Positions 16,909 to 27,472 of a stretch of DNA of 38,239 nucleotides are shown piece after piece. The position numbers were made by a program, and so were the translations under genes. The stretch is from an uncultured Prevotellaceae bacterium (GTDB taxonomy: Bacteria > Bacteroidota > Bacteroidia > Bacteroidales > Bacteroidaceae). The notes under the pieces were generated by a model that did no database searches, was not told the origin of the DNA, and saw nothing but the letters and a program-made list of their open reading frames with translations. The DNA lies in the NCBI GenBank assembly GCA_902803455.1, contig CADCQC010000083.1:1-38239 (forward strand), written 5' to 3'. Numbering within the stretch: position 1 is the first letter of the stretch; every line of letters starts with the position of its first letter.

Positions 16909-18435
16909 ATGATCATTAAAATCATACTTACCATCATTTTTCTGGCCGTGATGGTAGGCGTGGGTATCTATTCCCGCAAACAGGCCTCCACAGTCGACGG
17001 ATTTGTATTAGGTGGTAGAGCCGTGGGACCATGGCTCACAGCATTCGCTTATGGTACGAGTTATTTTTCAGCCGTGGTGTTTGTGGGATATGCAGGACAG
17101 TTTGGATGGAAGTATGGTCTATCCGCCTCTTGGATTGGCATCGGCAACGCCATTATCGGTTCGTTATTGGCATGGATACTGCTGGGGCGAAGGACCAAAC
17201 TCATGACCCAACATATCGAAAGCCGCACCATGCCCGACTTTTTTGGCACCCGTTATCAGAATGAGTGGTTACGGGTAGTAGCCTCCATCATCGCTTTTGT
17301 ATTTCTGATCCCTTACACAGCAGGTGTATACAAAGGAATCTCAACGCTTTTTGAGATGGGTTTTGGCATTCCTTACGAATACTGTGTTGTGATCATGGCC
17401 ATTCTTACGGCCTTATATGTCATCTTAGGCGGATACAAGGCTACTGCCATGAACGACTTCGTACAAGGTGTCATTATGCTCTTTGGCATTGTTGTGGTGA
17501 TCGTTGCAGTGCTCAATTCACAAGGAGGTTTGTCTACTGCTGTCGGTAAGTTGGCAGAGATGCCCAATGATGCTGACCCCTCTATCAATGGAGGGTTTGC
17601 CTCATGGCTGGGCCCAGACCCATGGAACCTTTTCGGTGTGGTGGTACTAACCTCACTTGGCACTTGGGGCTTACCTCAAATGGTAGGTAAATTCTACTCT
17701 ATCACCGATGAACATGCCATCCGGCGAGGCACCATCATCTCCACCTTCTTTGCGTTTGTGGTAGCAGGCGGTTGTTATTTCCTTGGCGGGTTTGGCAGGC
17801 TCTTCGGCACACCCCCTACCCTTCCCAACGGACGTCTGGACTTTGACTCCATCGTTCCTTCGATGCTGAACACCCTTCCTGATTTCATCATCGCACTCGT
17901 TGTGCTCCTTGTACTTTCCGCCTCCATGTCCACCCTGGCCTCTCTTGTGCTCACCTCGTCTTCCACTATGACACTTGACCTTATCTATCGCGACAAGAAG
18001 GCTGCGCCAGGAGAAGTCACAGAAGGTTCTATTGACGACCTGGTGGCAGAGAAGATCGAGCGCCGGAAAGTCGTGGTGATGCGTGTGCTCATCGTGTTCT
18101 TTATCGCTCTTTCACTGATGATTGCGCTCAACCCGCCTACTTTCATAGCACAGCTGATGGGTATCTCATGGGGTGCTTTGGCAGGTGCCTTCCTCGCACC
18201 ATTCATGTTAGGTTTATACTGGCGTGGAGTGACACCGGCCTCCGTCTGGGCATGTTTCATCTGGGGTGTGGGAATCACCGTCATCAACATGCTTATCGGC
18301 AATCCTATCAATCCCATCAACTGCGGTGCGATAGCCATGGTCGGAGGTTTTATTGTGGTGCCTCTGGTAAGCCTTTTCACCCCCAAACTGCCTGATCACC
18401 TGCTCAACAACATTTTCAACTGTTACAAAAAATAG
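16909..18435 (+). CDS. Sodium:solute symporter (SSS/SLC5 family, PutP/PanF-like); substrate unknown
   Basis: About 13 TM segments with FVLGGRAVGPW, TMPDFFGTRY, LGGYKATAMNDFVQG, WGLPQMV, LSASMST and LGLYWR. Confidence 0.9.
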   Translation: MIIKIILTIIFLAVMVGVGIYSRKQASTVDGFVLGGRAVGPWLTAFAYGTSYFSAVVFVGYAGQFGWKYGLSASWIGIGNAIIGSLLAWILLGRRTKLMTQHIESRTMPDFFGTRYQNEWLRVVASIIAFVFLIPYTAGVYKGISTLFEMGFGIPYEYCVVIMAILTALYVILGGYKATAMNDFVQGVIMLFGIVVVIVAVLNSQGGLSTAVGKLAEMPNDADPSINGGFASWLGPDPWNLFGVVVLTSLGTWGLPQMVGKFYSITDEHAIRRGTIISTFFAFVVAGGCYFLGGFGRLFGTPPTLPNGRLDFDSIVPSMLNTLPDFIIALVVLLVLSASMSTLASLVLTSSSTMTLDLIYRDKKAAPGEVTEGSIDDLVAEKIERRKVVVMRVLIVFFIALSLMIALNPPTFIAQLMGISWGALAGAFLAPFMLGLYWRGVTPASVWACFIWGVGITVINMLIGNPINPINCGAIAMVGGFIVVPLVSLFTPKLPDHLLNNIFNCYKK

Positions 18436-18495
18436 AACAGGTAAGACAAGCCTGAAGATGGCCATCTGAAGCATGGCGTCCTCAGCTATATTCAT

Positions 18496-18537
18496 ACAGC
18501 GACGACATTCATCATCGGATGTCGCCGCTGTCGTTTC
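18496..18537 (+). terminator. Stem-loop after the SSS gene, probable terminator
   Basis: ACAGCGACGACATTC / GGATGTCGCCGCTGT: a 15-position stem with one mismatch and one G-U pair, a 6-nt loop and a weak T-tail (CGTTTC). Confidence 0.55.
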
Positions 18538-18663
18538 ATGTATCATTACCACACAAGAACCCATCGATGACGCATTTTTGAAGAAAAAAGTTGATTTCAT
18601 GATAGACGTTACTGGTTTAAACATTCTATTCTCAAAAAACAACCACAACAAAAGCATGACCAC

Positions 18664-19860
18664 ATGAAATCATTCAGATTATCCAACCAATTCTTTGTAT
18701 ACAGTCTTTTTACCGTGTGCTGCTTTGGACTGATGAATTGCCATGAGAAAAAGACAGCGGAAAAGATCTGCCAAAAACAGGCTGAAGCATCAATTCCCCC
18801 TTTCATAGAAAATCTGCTCGATTCGGCAGAATGGTATGCTGATACCATTTGTGTGGTTAATGATGAAGCCTTCTATTACGCCTTTGAGACTTCTTGCCGT
18901 ACTTTTGTGATTTTCAATAAAGAAAAACTTCTCATAGAAGATCCTACGCTATGGTATGATTCTATCTCGCCAAATGAGAAGTACAAATTTCGTGTTTACA
19001 TAGGGGAAAGGAATATGATTGTCGACTTCCAAGATCCTGCGAGTCTGAGAGAACTCTCTTCTTTTGATCATCGGATATCATCGTATACCCGATACAGGAA
19101 AGACACTATAGCCGATTTCTGCAACGCTGTGAGTTACAGTTTCTGTGTAGACTATCCCAGTAAAACAACACCTCATGAATCATCCATCAAGAAATGGCTG
19201 ACAAAAAAAGTATATGAGTCATCCATGTCGGATTACTTATTAGGAAGCGCTCTCCACCCGGAAGACTATCCACAGGACACCATCGGTAAGGAATCATTGG
19301 CCCAATTGACTGCCGATCGCTATCTCAAGACCATTCATCAGACCATGGTTTCTGAGGAGATGTTGATTTCCACCCATTTGTTTCTTGACATTTGCTTTCA
19401 AGCATGGTTTTCCACCGATAATATGGTCACCTTCCTAAAATATATGCATGAACATCAAGGAGGCGCACACGGTTATTTCACGGAAGAACTGATATCCTAT
19501 GACCCCGTCCATGAACAAGAAATCGACTGGGATTATCTCTTCAAGCCTGAATGTAAGACAGAAGTGCTCCAAGCTTTCTACAGAGCCGTCATAAAAGACC
19601 CCCATTATGGCAATTGGCATAGTCATGAGACCATGGATGATGTGATCCGTCACTTCACGCCAACAGACGATAAAGGCAATCTCACAGCAGACGCCGCTTT
19701 GCCCCAACCCGGATTAGGAGAAGAGGGTGTGGTGTTTTCTTTTCAACCATACGCCATCAGTTGTTTTGCCGCAGGAGTGTTTCATTTCACCATTCCCTAT
19801 GACACCCTCCAACCCTATCTGACAGAAAAAGCCAAATGGTGCTTGAAAAAATCTTTATAA
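18664..19860 (+). CDS. RsiV/PdaC-like DUF3298-domain protein, probably exported or a lipoprotein
   Basis: GGAHG motif (HEHQGGAHGY), C-terminal GVVFSFQPYAI..FAAG...FTIPY, and an N-terminal hydrophobic stretch ending GLMNC. Confidence 0.7.
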   Translation: MKSFRLSNQFFVYSLFTVCCFGLMNCHEKKTAEKICQKQAEASIPPFIENLLDSAEWYADTICVVNDEAFYYAFETSCRTFVIFNKEKLLIEDPTLWYDSISPNEKYKFRVYIGERNMIVDFQDPASLRELSSFDHRISSYTRYRKDTIADFCNAVSYSFCVDYPSKTTPHESSIKKWLTKKVYESSMSDYLLGSALHPEDYPQDTIGKESLAQLTADRYLKTIHQTMVSEEMLISTHLFLDICFQAWFSTDNMVTFLKYMHEHQGGAHGYFTEELISYDPVHEQEIDWDYLFKPECKTEVLQAFYRAVIKDPHYGNWHSHETMDDVIRHFTPTDDKGNLTADAALPQPGLGEEGVVFSFQPYAISCFAAGVFHFTIPYDTLQPYLTEKAKWCLKKSL

Positions 19861-19886
19861 ACAGTCGCACCACGGCTCATCCATGA

Positions 19887-21290
19887 TCACTCATCCATGA
19901 GGAAGAGCGGATCATCAGGCATCACCATCAGCGGTTTTTGCTTCTCAGCCTCTAATATTTTTTCTGACACATACTTCTTGTCTACTACCAGGCGGAACAT
20001 ATATTCACGGAACCAACTGTCGGTCATGATAGCATACCCTTTTTGTCCAGACGTTGCGCCCCAGCTGTTCTCCACTTTCCATTTCTTGGCTTTTCCATCA
20101 GCATCGAGATCAACCGCCGTAAGCGTCATGGCATGCGTTGACCCACTGTCGAAGGTCATGATACGCTGAGCCTTATCCATGGTGAATTCAGTTCCAAAAA
20201 GTGAAGAATAATCATAGTTATCAAGGTCGAGGAAACCATTTTTACGGTCAAATTGTTTACCCACATCATACGAAGAATAGAGTTTATGCCCGTCCTTAAT
20301 GGATTTAATGGCCAACTCCTCTATATCGTCCATGGGCAAATTGATGTATTTCCAATTGTGTCCATCATAAGTATGCCGGTCCCACTCTACCTCATAAGTC
20401 TTGTAATAAGGCCTTCTGGGATCATTCATCGCCATAATAAAAGTACCGTTGATAGGGCCACCCACAGTTTCCTTGTAAAAAGACATCGGTGTATATGTTT
20501 TCGGTTCCCCCACTGGTTTGCCATTTTTGTTACGGAACACATAAGAAAACTCTTTCACCGGTTCTCCCAAAGTGATCGCCAGCATCCGATAAATGGTTGC
20601 CAGCATCTCCGTTTTGCGTTCATTGATGGCCTTGGTCTTCTTCCCGTCAGCAACCATCTTACGTAGTTCCAATCCAAATTCACGCAGTTTTGAATCAATG
20701 AGTCTCGACATGCGACTTGTATTCTCTGCAGAATAAGTCTCAGGCTGCACGCTCATAGGTACCAGTCCATATTTTTCGACCAGATCTGCCACGCCACAGA
20801 AAGTGCCACCATCACTGATGGGATGGCGGAAGAAGAAAGAGACATAGGTATCCTCGATAGGTTTATTGGCCATATCGATAACCCCTTGCAACATCAGGTT
20901 GGCTTTCTCCAACTGGTCGTAGAAGAAAAGATAGTCGTGGGAAAATTCCACGCTGATCGTATCCCCATGAGCCTTAGCAAAATTAGCACGCAAGACATTG
21001 AGTCCGCTGAACATCCAGCATCGTCCGCTGCTTTTCTGATTATGAATTGACTGGCTCTTGGTTTCATGACTGAAATACGTGTCCAGTCGTGTCTGGTTAG
21101 AGAAATTTTTAGCCAGGTCATCTATCGAATTCGCTGCTATCGCGTTGAAGAGAGCCTTGTCTGCGGTTCCCCTGCTCTGCGTCTTTTCGATTTGTTTGAG
21201 CATATCGGCCGTGATTCCACCACTGGTCTTCTGCGCAAAAATAGTGACGGACATCATGGCTGCCGTCAAACAGATAAGGATGCGTTTCAT
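19887..21290 (-). CDS. pepC: Cysteine aminopeptidase C / bleomycin hydrolase family (peptidase C1B), exported
   Basis: NQKSSGRCWMF (catalytic Cys), THAM (His), KVENSWG (Asn), FFYDQLEKAN and a signal peptide. Confidence 0.93.
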   Translation of the reverse strand: MKRILICLTAAMMSVTIFAQKTSGGITADMLKQIEKTQSRGTADKALFNAIAANSIDDLAKNFSNQTRLDTYFSHETKSQSIHNQKSSGRCWMFSGLNVLRANFAKAHGDTISVEFSHDYLFFYDQLEKANLMLQGVIDMANKPIEDTYVSFFFRHPISDGGTFCGVADLVEKYGLVPMSVQPETYSAENTSRMSRLIDSKLREFGLELRKMVADGKKTKAINERKTEMLATIYRMLAITLGEPVKEFSYVFRNKNGKPVGEPKTYTPMSFYKETVGGPINGTFIMAMNDPRRPYYKTYEVEWDRHTYDGHNWKYINLPMDDIEELAIKSIKDGHKLYSSYDVGKQFDRKNGFLDLDNYDYSSLFGTEFTMDKAQRIMTFDSGSTHAMTLTAVDLDADGKAKKWKVENSWGATSGQKGYAIMTDSWFREYMFRLVVDKKYVSEKILEAEKQKPLMVMPDDPLFLMDE

Positions 21291-21315
21291 ATTGTCAATT
21301 ATTTTGGTTTTGCTG

Positions 21316-21323
21316 CAAATATA
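21316..21323 (-). promoter_or_regulatory. -7 box (TATATTTG on the minus strand) for pepC
   Basis: CAAATATA on the plus strand, 25 nt upstream of the pepC ATG. Confidence 0.65.
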
Positions 21324-21505
21324 CTCAATTTTTTCTTTTCATGACAGTGAAAGATATTTTTTTATAGATAATTACCATCTCAACACTCATCCCACTGTCT
21401 TTTTTCTGTAGACAATCATCATCTTCCACCATACTCCAACTCATGACATCCCAATCATATCATCCATCCCATAAGAGCAAATGAAAGACGAAATAGGAGA
21501 AAAAA

Positions 21506-21536
21506 TTTGCGCATTACCATATTTTTTGTATCTTTG
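21506..21536 (+). promoter_or_regulatory. Bacteroidota sigma-A promoter for dxs-trkA-trkH
   Basis: TTTG (21506-21509), a 19-nt spacer and TATCTTTG (21529-21536) give the canonical -33/-7 arrangement. It ends 10 nt before ATG 21547. Confidence 0.8.
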
Positions 21537-21546
21537 CTTTTTGAAA

Positions 21547-23442
21547 ATGGAAAAAGACACATATCCTTTATTAAGCAAAATAGAAACTCCCGATGACCTG
21601 AGACGTCTAAAAGAGGAGCAACTGCCACAGTTATGCGCGGAATTACGCGATGACATCATACATGAGGTGGCAGTCAACCCTGGTCATTTGGCCTCAAGTC
21701 TTGGTGTGGTGGAACTGACTGTAGCGCTCCACTACGTATTCAAGACCCCTGATGACCGCATCATGTGGGATGTCGGTCATCAGGCCTACGGTCATAAGAT
21801 ACTCACAGGCCGCCGTGAGGCATTCTGCACAAACCGCAAGTTGCATGGCATACGTCCCTTTCCCAGTCCCATGGAAAGCGAGTATGACACCTTCACTTGT
21901 GGTCATGCCTCCAACTCTATCTCAGCAGCTTTCGGTATGGCTGTCGCAGCCAAGCTCTGTGGTTCGAAGCGGCATGTGGTGGCTGTCATAGGTGATGGGG
22001 CGATGAGTGGAGGCCTGGCATTTGAAGGTCTCAACAATGTTTCCTCCACCTCCAATGACATGCTCATCATTCTCAACGACAACAACATGAGCATCGACCG
22101 TTCTGTAGGTGGCATGAAGCAATATCTGGCGAAACTTAACACCAGCGAGACCTACAACAAGGTGCGCTATCGCATCGCACAATGGTTGACACGTAAGGGC
22201 CTGCTCAGCGACAACCGCCGCCATGGCATCATCCGTCTGACCAATGCCGTGAAATCAGCCATCAGCCATCAGCAGAATGTTTTTGAAGGGATGAACATCC
22301 GATATTTCGGACCTATTGACGGCCACGATGTGTTGGAACTGGTGAAAATACTACGCCAGTTGAAGAAATATAAAGGCCCCAAGATGCTCCATCTGCACAC
22401 CATCAAAGGCAAAGGTTATAAACCCGCCGAGAAAAATGCCCAAGCATGGCATGCTCCCGGAAAGTTTGATGTCGACACAGGAGAGCGTCTTGTCAGCGAT
22501 GCAACCGGTCGTCCCCCGAAATTTCAAGATGTTTTCGGCCATACGCTCCTTGAACTCGCGAAGGCCAACAAGCGCATTGTCGGCGTGACACCGGCCATGC
22601 CATCGGGCTGTTCACTCAACATCATGATGAAAGCCATGCCCAACCGTACTTTTGATGTTGGTATAGCAGAGGGGCATGCCGTTACCTTCTCTGCAGGCAT
22701 GGCAAAAGATGGTCTGTTGCCGTTCTGCAATATTTACAGTGCTTTTGCTCAACGTGCTTATGACAACATTATCCATGATGCAGCCATCCTCAATCTGCCC
22801 ATGGTCATCTGTCTTGACAGAGCAGGCCTTGTCGGACAAGACGGCCCCACTCACCATGGTGCATTTGATATAGCCGCACTGAGGGCCATACCCAACATCA
22901 CGATAGCCTCACCGATGGACGAGCATGAACTGCGTCATCTCATGTATACGGCACAACTCGACGGAAAAGGTACATTTGTCATCCGTTATCCTCGCGGTCA
23001 TGGTTCATGTCCAGACTGGCGATGCCCTATGAAAGAGGTCATTGTCGGTACGGGGCGTAAGTTACATGAGGGAACCGATGTGGCCGTCCTGAGTGTTGGT
23101 CCTATAGGCACTCATGTGACAGAAGCCATCCGGCAACTATCTTCCGAGGGGAGCCAAATATCAGTAGCTCACTACGACATGCGTTTCATCAAGCCACTTG
23201 ACGAACAACTTCTGGAAGAAGTAGCCACTCATTTCACCCATATCATCACCATCGAGGACGGTTGCATCACCGGTGGATTCGGTTCAGCAGTGATGGAGTG
23301 GATGGCCGATCACCATTACCCACTTCTTATCCAACGCCTTGGACTACCCGATACTTTCATCGAGCATGGCACCGTGGAAGAGCTTCATCAGTTGGTAGGC
23401 ATCGACGTTGCCTCAATCAAGCAAACCATTTTAAGCCTATGA
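21547..23442 (+). CDS. dxs: 1-deoxy-D-xylulose-5-phosphate synthase
   Basis: [32 protein letters not shown] (TPP motif), [31 protein letters not shown] and IRYPRG. The start was placed downstream of the promoter. Confidence 0.97.
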   Translation: MEKDTYPLLSKIETPDDLRRLKEEQLPQLCAELRDDIIHEVAVNPGHLASSLGVVELTVALHYVFKTPDDRIMWDVGHQAYGHKILTGRREAFCTNRKLHGIRPFPSPMESEYDTFTCGHASNSISAAFGMAVAAKLCGSKRHVVAVIGDGAMSGGLAFEGLNNVSSTSNDMLIILNDNNMSIDRSVGGMKQYLAKLNTSETYNKVRYRIAQWLTRKGLLSDNRRHGIIRLTNAVKSAISHQQNVFEGMNIRYFGPIDGHDVLELVKILRQLKKYKGPKMLHLHTIKGKGYKPAEKNAQAWHAPGKFDVDTGERLVSDATGRPPKFQDVFGHTLLELAKANKRIVGVTPAMPSGCSLNIMMKAMPNRTFDVGIAEGHAVTFSAGMAKDGLLPFCNIYSAFAQRAYDNIIHDAAILNLPMVICLDRAGLVGQDGPTHHGAFDIAALRAIPNITIASPMDEHELRHLMYTAQLDGKGTFVIRYPRGHGSCPDWRCPMKEVIVGTGRKLHEGTDVAVLSVGPIGTHVTEAIRQLSSEGSQISVAHYDMRFIKPLDEQLLEEVATHFTHIITIEDGCITGGFGSAVMEWMADHHYPLLIQRLGLPDTFIEHGTVEELHQLVGIDVASIKQTILSL

Positions 23443-24779
23443 AAATCATCATTGCTGGCGCCTCAGCCATCGGTTCACATCTGGCACAGTTGCTTTCACG
23501 CAGCAACCAGGACATCGTGCTCATTGACGAAGATGCCGATAAGCTCGATGACATCAGCAGTGAATATGACCTGATGACGCTTCATGGTTCAGCTACAGAG
23601 ATCAAGTCCCTCCGCCAGGCGGATGCTGATGAGGCAGACATCTTCATCGCCGTGACCCCCAATGAGCACGTCAACATCACGAGTTGTGTGATGGCTCATG
23701 CGATGGGTGCCAAGCGTACTGTAGCCCAAGTAGACAATTACGAATACATTGATTCCGACAATGAAGGGATTATCCGCCAGATGGGAATCGACACACTCAT
23801 ATATCCTGAGAAGCTAGCTGCCAGCAATATCATCAAAGGTCTCAAACTCAGTTGGGTGAGGCAGCGATGGGATGTCCACGGAGGTTCTCTCGTCATGTTG
23901 GGCATCAAATTGCGCGATACCTGTGAGATTTTGAACCAGCCGCTCCGTCTTCTCTGCGGCCCTGATGACCCCTATCATGTGGTAGCGATCAAACGAGGCA
24001 ACGAGACCATCATTCCTGGCGGAAATGATGAACTGCACGTCTATGATATTGTCTACTTCATGACCACGACCAACTATATTGCCTACATCAGAAAGATTGT
24101 CGGCAAGGAGCATTATGCCGATGTGAAGAACGTCATTATCATGGGAGGAGGCAAGACCGCCGTCCGTGCAGCCAAAGAGATGCCCTCTTTCATCAACACG
24201 AAAATCATCGAGATAAACGAGTCCCGCTGCGAATATCTCAACGAAGTGCTTGACGACACCAAAGTTATCGTGATTCACGGTGACGGGCGAGACATCTCCC
24301 TGCTGAAAGAAGAAAACATCAAGAACACCCAAGGATTTGTAGCGCTCACCGGTGACGACGAAGTGAATATCTTAGCATGTCTGACAGCCAAGAAGCTGGG
24401 TGTAAGAAAGACGATTGCCATGGTGGAAAATTCCGACTATCTGAGTATGGCAGAGAGTCTCGACATCGGTACGATCATCAACAAGAAATTGCTTGCAGCA
24501 AGCAATATCTACAAGATGATGCTCGACGCTCGCAACATCGGGTATCTGGCATCTGTAAAAGCAGACGTAGCCGAATTCATTGCCCAAGCTGGTTCGAAAG
24601 TAACCCGCAAGAAAGTATTTGAATTAGGTTTGCCCAAAGGCTGCACACTTGGTGGTCTGGTGAGAGGACATGAAGCCATGCTTATCTCCGGTGGCACCCA
24701 GATCATGCCAGGCGATAATGTGGTGGTCATCTGTTATGAAATAGATCTCAAAAAGATAGAGAAATTCTTCATCTCATAA
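23439..24779 (+). CDS. trkA: Trk potassium uptake system NAD-binding subunit
   Basis: [10 protein letters not shown] and a second RCK motif IMGGGKTA, plus HGDGRD. ATGA overlap with dxs; 446 aa. Confidence 0.93.
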   Translation: MKIIIAGASAIGSHLAQLLSRSNQDIVLIDEDADKLDDISSEYDLMTLHGSATEIKSLRQADADEADIFIAVTPNEHVNITSCVMAHAMGAKRTVAQVDNYEYIDSDNEGIIRQMGIDTLIYPEKLAASNIIKGLKLSWVRQRWDVHGGSLVMLGIKLRDTCEILNQPLRLLCGPDDPYHVVAIKRGNETIIPGGNDELHVYDIVYFMTTTNYIAYIRKIVGKEHYADVKNVIIMGGGKTAVRAAKEMPSFINTKIIEINESRCEYLNEVLDDTKVIVIHGDGRDISLLKEENIKNTQGFVALTGDDEVNILACLTAKKLGVRKTIAMVENSDYLSMAESLDIGTIINKKLLAASNIYKMMLDARNIGYLASVKADVAEFIAQAGSKVTRKKVFELGLPKGCTLGGLVRGHEAMLISGGTQIMPGDNVVVICYEIDLKKIEKFFIS

Positions 24780-26320
24780 TGCTCAACAAACCACTCATAT
24801 CCAAAGTTCTCGGTTCACTTCTTCTTCTCGAAGCGGTGTTTATGGCGATTTGCGTTGTGGTAGCTCTCTGTTATGGCTGCGATGACTTGTGGCCATTTTT
24901 CTTCTCGATGCTTATCACTTCCGGGGCAGGATTAGGTTTACTGAGGATGGGGCATCAAGCCCCTACGACAATGAGCCGCCGAGACGCTTATGTTGTCGTG
25001 ACGCTCACTTGGATTACATTCAGTATTTTCGGTTCTCTGCCATATCTTTTTGGAGGATTTTTCGGCACGGCCAAATTCTACGATCTTCCTGAGATATGGC
25101 GCATCACCACTGATGCTTTTTTTGAAACGATGTCGGGATTCACCACAACAGGCGCCTCAATGATCAACGATGTGGAGTCAGAACTGGTGAGTCATCAGGC
25201 CATGCTTTTCTGGCGCTCACTCTCCCAATGGATAGGGGGCTTGGGAATTGTCTTTTTCACCATTGCCATTCTCCCGTCCATGGTAGGCAATACGATGAAG
25301 GTATTCTCCGCTGAAGCGACAGGTCCCATCAGGTCAAAGATGCACCCTCGCCTGAGCGCTACCGCCATGCGTATCTGGTGGGTATACATCGCACTTACTG
25401 TCGGTTGCGGTCTCTGCTATGGTTTGGCAGGCATGGACACTTTCAGCGCCTTTAATTATGCCATGACGACAACCGCCACAGGAGGTTTTTCCATCCATAA
25501 CGACAGCATAGCCCACTTCCACTCTCCCCAGATAGAGTATATAGCCCTTGTGATTCAATATCTGTCGGGTATCAATTTCTCGATGCTCTTCATCATCATT
25601 GTCCAGCGAAAATACAGCAGTTGGCGAGAATATAAGCGCAATACCAAAGCCAAGTGGCACGACTTCTTTCACAACGAGGAATGGCGTTTCTACACGATCA
25701 TTGTGGTTTGCTGTAGCCTGGTCATCGCTGTCGTACTCATGTTCAGCAAAGGATATGGGCTGGAGATGGCTATTAGGAAAGCCACCTTTCATGTGGTGTC
25801 GATGATGACCACCACAGGCATCTTCTGCGACAATGTGGGATCATGGCCTCATGTCACCTGGATGCTTTTAGCCGTTCTCATGTTTATCGGTGCATGTTCC
25901 GGTTCCACCACTGGAGGTTTTAAAAGTTCGAGGGCGCTGATGATTCTTCGCGTCGTGCGCAACGAGTTCATGCGGATGATGCACCCACGTGCAGTTCTCC
26001 CTGTGAAGCTCAACGGCAAGGCGATTCCATCGACGATGGTGCACAGTCTCATCGCTTTCTTCACCATTTATATCCTGGCATGTTTTGGTACTATGGCCTT
26101 GATGTTGTCCATCAATATCGATGTGACCAACTCAGCCATTATCTCCCTCAGCTGTATCAGTAATGTGGGCCTGCCCCTCAATGAACTAGGTCCAGACCTG
26201 ACCTGGAGCGGTCTTCCCATCTGGATAAAATGGATCTGTACAGCGCTGATGCTTCTTGGCCGTCTGGAGATTTTCAACGTGCTGATACTGTTTTCGACAC
26301 CCTTCTGGGAAGACAATTAA
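24779..26320 (+). CDS. trkH: Trk potassium uptake system membrane subunit
   Basis: FFETMSGFTTTGAS, FWRSLSQWIGGLG, TTATGGFS, FIGACSGSTTGGFK and MLLGRLEIF. TAATG overlap with trkA. Confidence 0.95.
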   Translation: MLNKPLISKVLGSLLLLEAVFMAICVVVALCYGCDDLWPFFFSMLITSGAGLGLLRMGHQAPTTMSRRDAYVVVTLTWITFSIFGSLPYLFGGFFGTAKFYDLPEIWRITTDAFFETMSGFTTTGASMINDVESELVSHQAMLFWRSLSQWIGGLGIVFFTIAILPSMVGNTMKVFSAEATGPIRSKMHPRLSATAMRIWWVYIALTVGCGLCYGLAGMDTFSAFNYAMTTTATGGFSIHNDSIAHFHSPQIEYIALVIQYLSGINFSMLFIIIVQRKYSSWREYKRNTKAKWHDFFHNEEWRFYTIIVVCCSLVIAVVLMFSKGYGLEMAIRKATFHVVSMMTTTGIFCDNVGSWPHVTWMLLAVLMFIGACSGSTTGGFKSSRALMILRVVRNEFMRMMHPRAVLPVKLNGKAIPSTMVHSLIAFFTIYILACFGTMALMLSINIDVTNSAIISLSCISNVGLPLNELGPDLTWSGLPIWIKWICTALMLLGRLEIFNVLILFSTPFWEDN

Positions 26321-26404
26321 GCCTAAGAAGTAAAGATCATGAGCAGCAGATTACAGTAAACGCCCCTCACTCACACAAAAAACGACCAATTCAACTGACT
26401 AATA

Positions 26405-27361
26405 ATGTTTAAGTTCCAACCTATATTAAAGAGTACCCTTTGGGGAGGAGAGAAAATCATCCCTTTCAAGCATTTAGACAGCAATCTCCATCAAGTTGGA
26501 GAGAGTTGGGAAATCTCCGGTGTAGAAGGAAAAGAAACCATCATCAGCGAAGGTGAATATAGCGGTCTAAGGCTCAATGAGTTGGTAGCCTTGATGCGAG
26601 ACCGATTACTCGGCGCCGACAACTATCTCAAATTCGGCAATGAATTTCCCTTACTCATCAAATTTATCGATGCTTGCCAAGACCTCTCCATCCAAGTACA
26701 CCCCGACGATGAGACTGCTCTTCGCCAAGGAAAAGAACGGGGAAAGACAGAGATGTGGTATACCCTGCCCTCTTCCCCCGACGCACAGATATTCAACGGG
26801 CTGAAAAAAGACATCACCCCAGAACAATATAAGCAGATGGTATCCGACGGCACGATCATCGACGCCCTTGCCAGCTACACCGTGAAAGAAGGTGACGTTT
26901 TTTTCATACCCGCCGGACGCATCCATTCTATTTGCAAAGGATGTTTTATCACAGAAATCCAGCAGACGAGCGATGTCACTTACCGCATTTACGATTATCA
27001 TCGGCAAGATAAAGACGGTCACTACCGCCAACTGCACACAAAGGAAGCATCAGAGAGCATCAACTACCAAGTATTGTCCGACCAACGCACCAACTACACC
27101 CTTCAAAAAAACACAGGAGTAGAGGTTGTGCGTTGTCCCTATTTCACCACAGCCATCTATGAGGTTGACGAGCCGATGACTATTGACTACAGTGAACTCG
27201 ACAGTTTTGTCATCCTGATCTGCGTTAAAGGAAGCGGAACCCTTTCAGACGACAATGGGGATACCACCACCTTTGAAGCTGGTGAGACCATACTCCTGCC
27301 AGCCACCACGCGCGAAGTAAGTGTCAGCGGCCAACTGAGATTTTTGGAAACCTACATATAG
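26405..27361 (+). CDS. manA: Mannose-6-phosphate isomerase, type I
   Basis: LWGG, GESWEIS, FPLLIKFIDA..DLSIQVHPDD, GKTEMWY, IPAGRIH and EIQQTSDVTYRIYDY. Confidence 0.93.
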   Translation: MFKFQPILKSTLWGGEKIIPFKHLDSNLHQVGESWEISGVEGKETIISEGEYSGLRLNELVALMRDRLLGADNYLKFGNEFPLLIKFIDACQDLSIQVHPDDETALRQGKERGKTEMWYTLPSSPDAQIFNGLKKDITPEQYKQMVSDGTIIDALASYTVKEGDVFFIPAGRIHSICKGCFITEIQQTSDVTYRIYDYHRQDKDGHYRQLHTKEASESINYQVLSDQRTNYTLQKNTGVEVVRCPYFTTAIYEVDEPMTIDYSELDSFVILICVKGSGTLSDDNGDTTTFEAGETILLPATTREVSVSGQLRFLETYI

Positions 27362-27385
27362 CCAATCATCATGAAACGATCTTCC

Positions 27386-27417
27386 CCGGAGGATTAGCGG
27401 TCGTCACCATCTTCCGG
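27386..27417. terminator. Stem-loop after manA
   Basis: CCGGAGGAT / ATCTTCCGG 9-bp stem (one G-U pair) with a 14-nt loop and a weak T-tail. Confidence 0.4.
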
Positions 27418-27472
27418 CTTCTGCTACAGATAGAAAAACACAATTTTATAATTCACTTCAACTTTCATTATT

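Noticed and set aside
18473-18667. 64-aa plus-strand ORF between the SSS and RsiV-like genes
   Set aside because: It runs through a terminator-like hairpin and has no recognisable features; probably spurious.
21370-21475. G-poor, CATC-rich stretch between pepC and dxs
   Set aside because: No regular period or constant spacer length, so it is not a CRISPR array or tandem repeat. It looks like compositional skew.
23262-23438. 59-aa N-terminal extension of trkA in the ORF track
   Set aside because: It lies inside dxs. The typical TrkA start MKIIIAGA begins at 23439 with an ATGA overlap.
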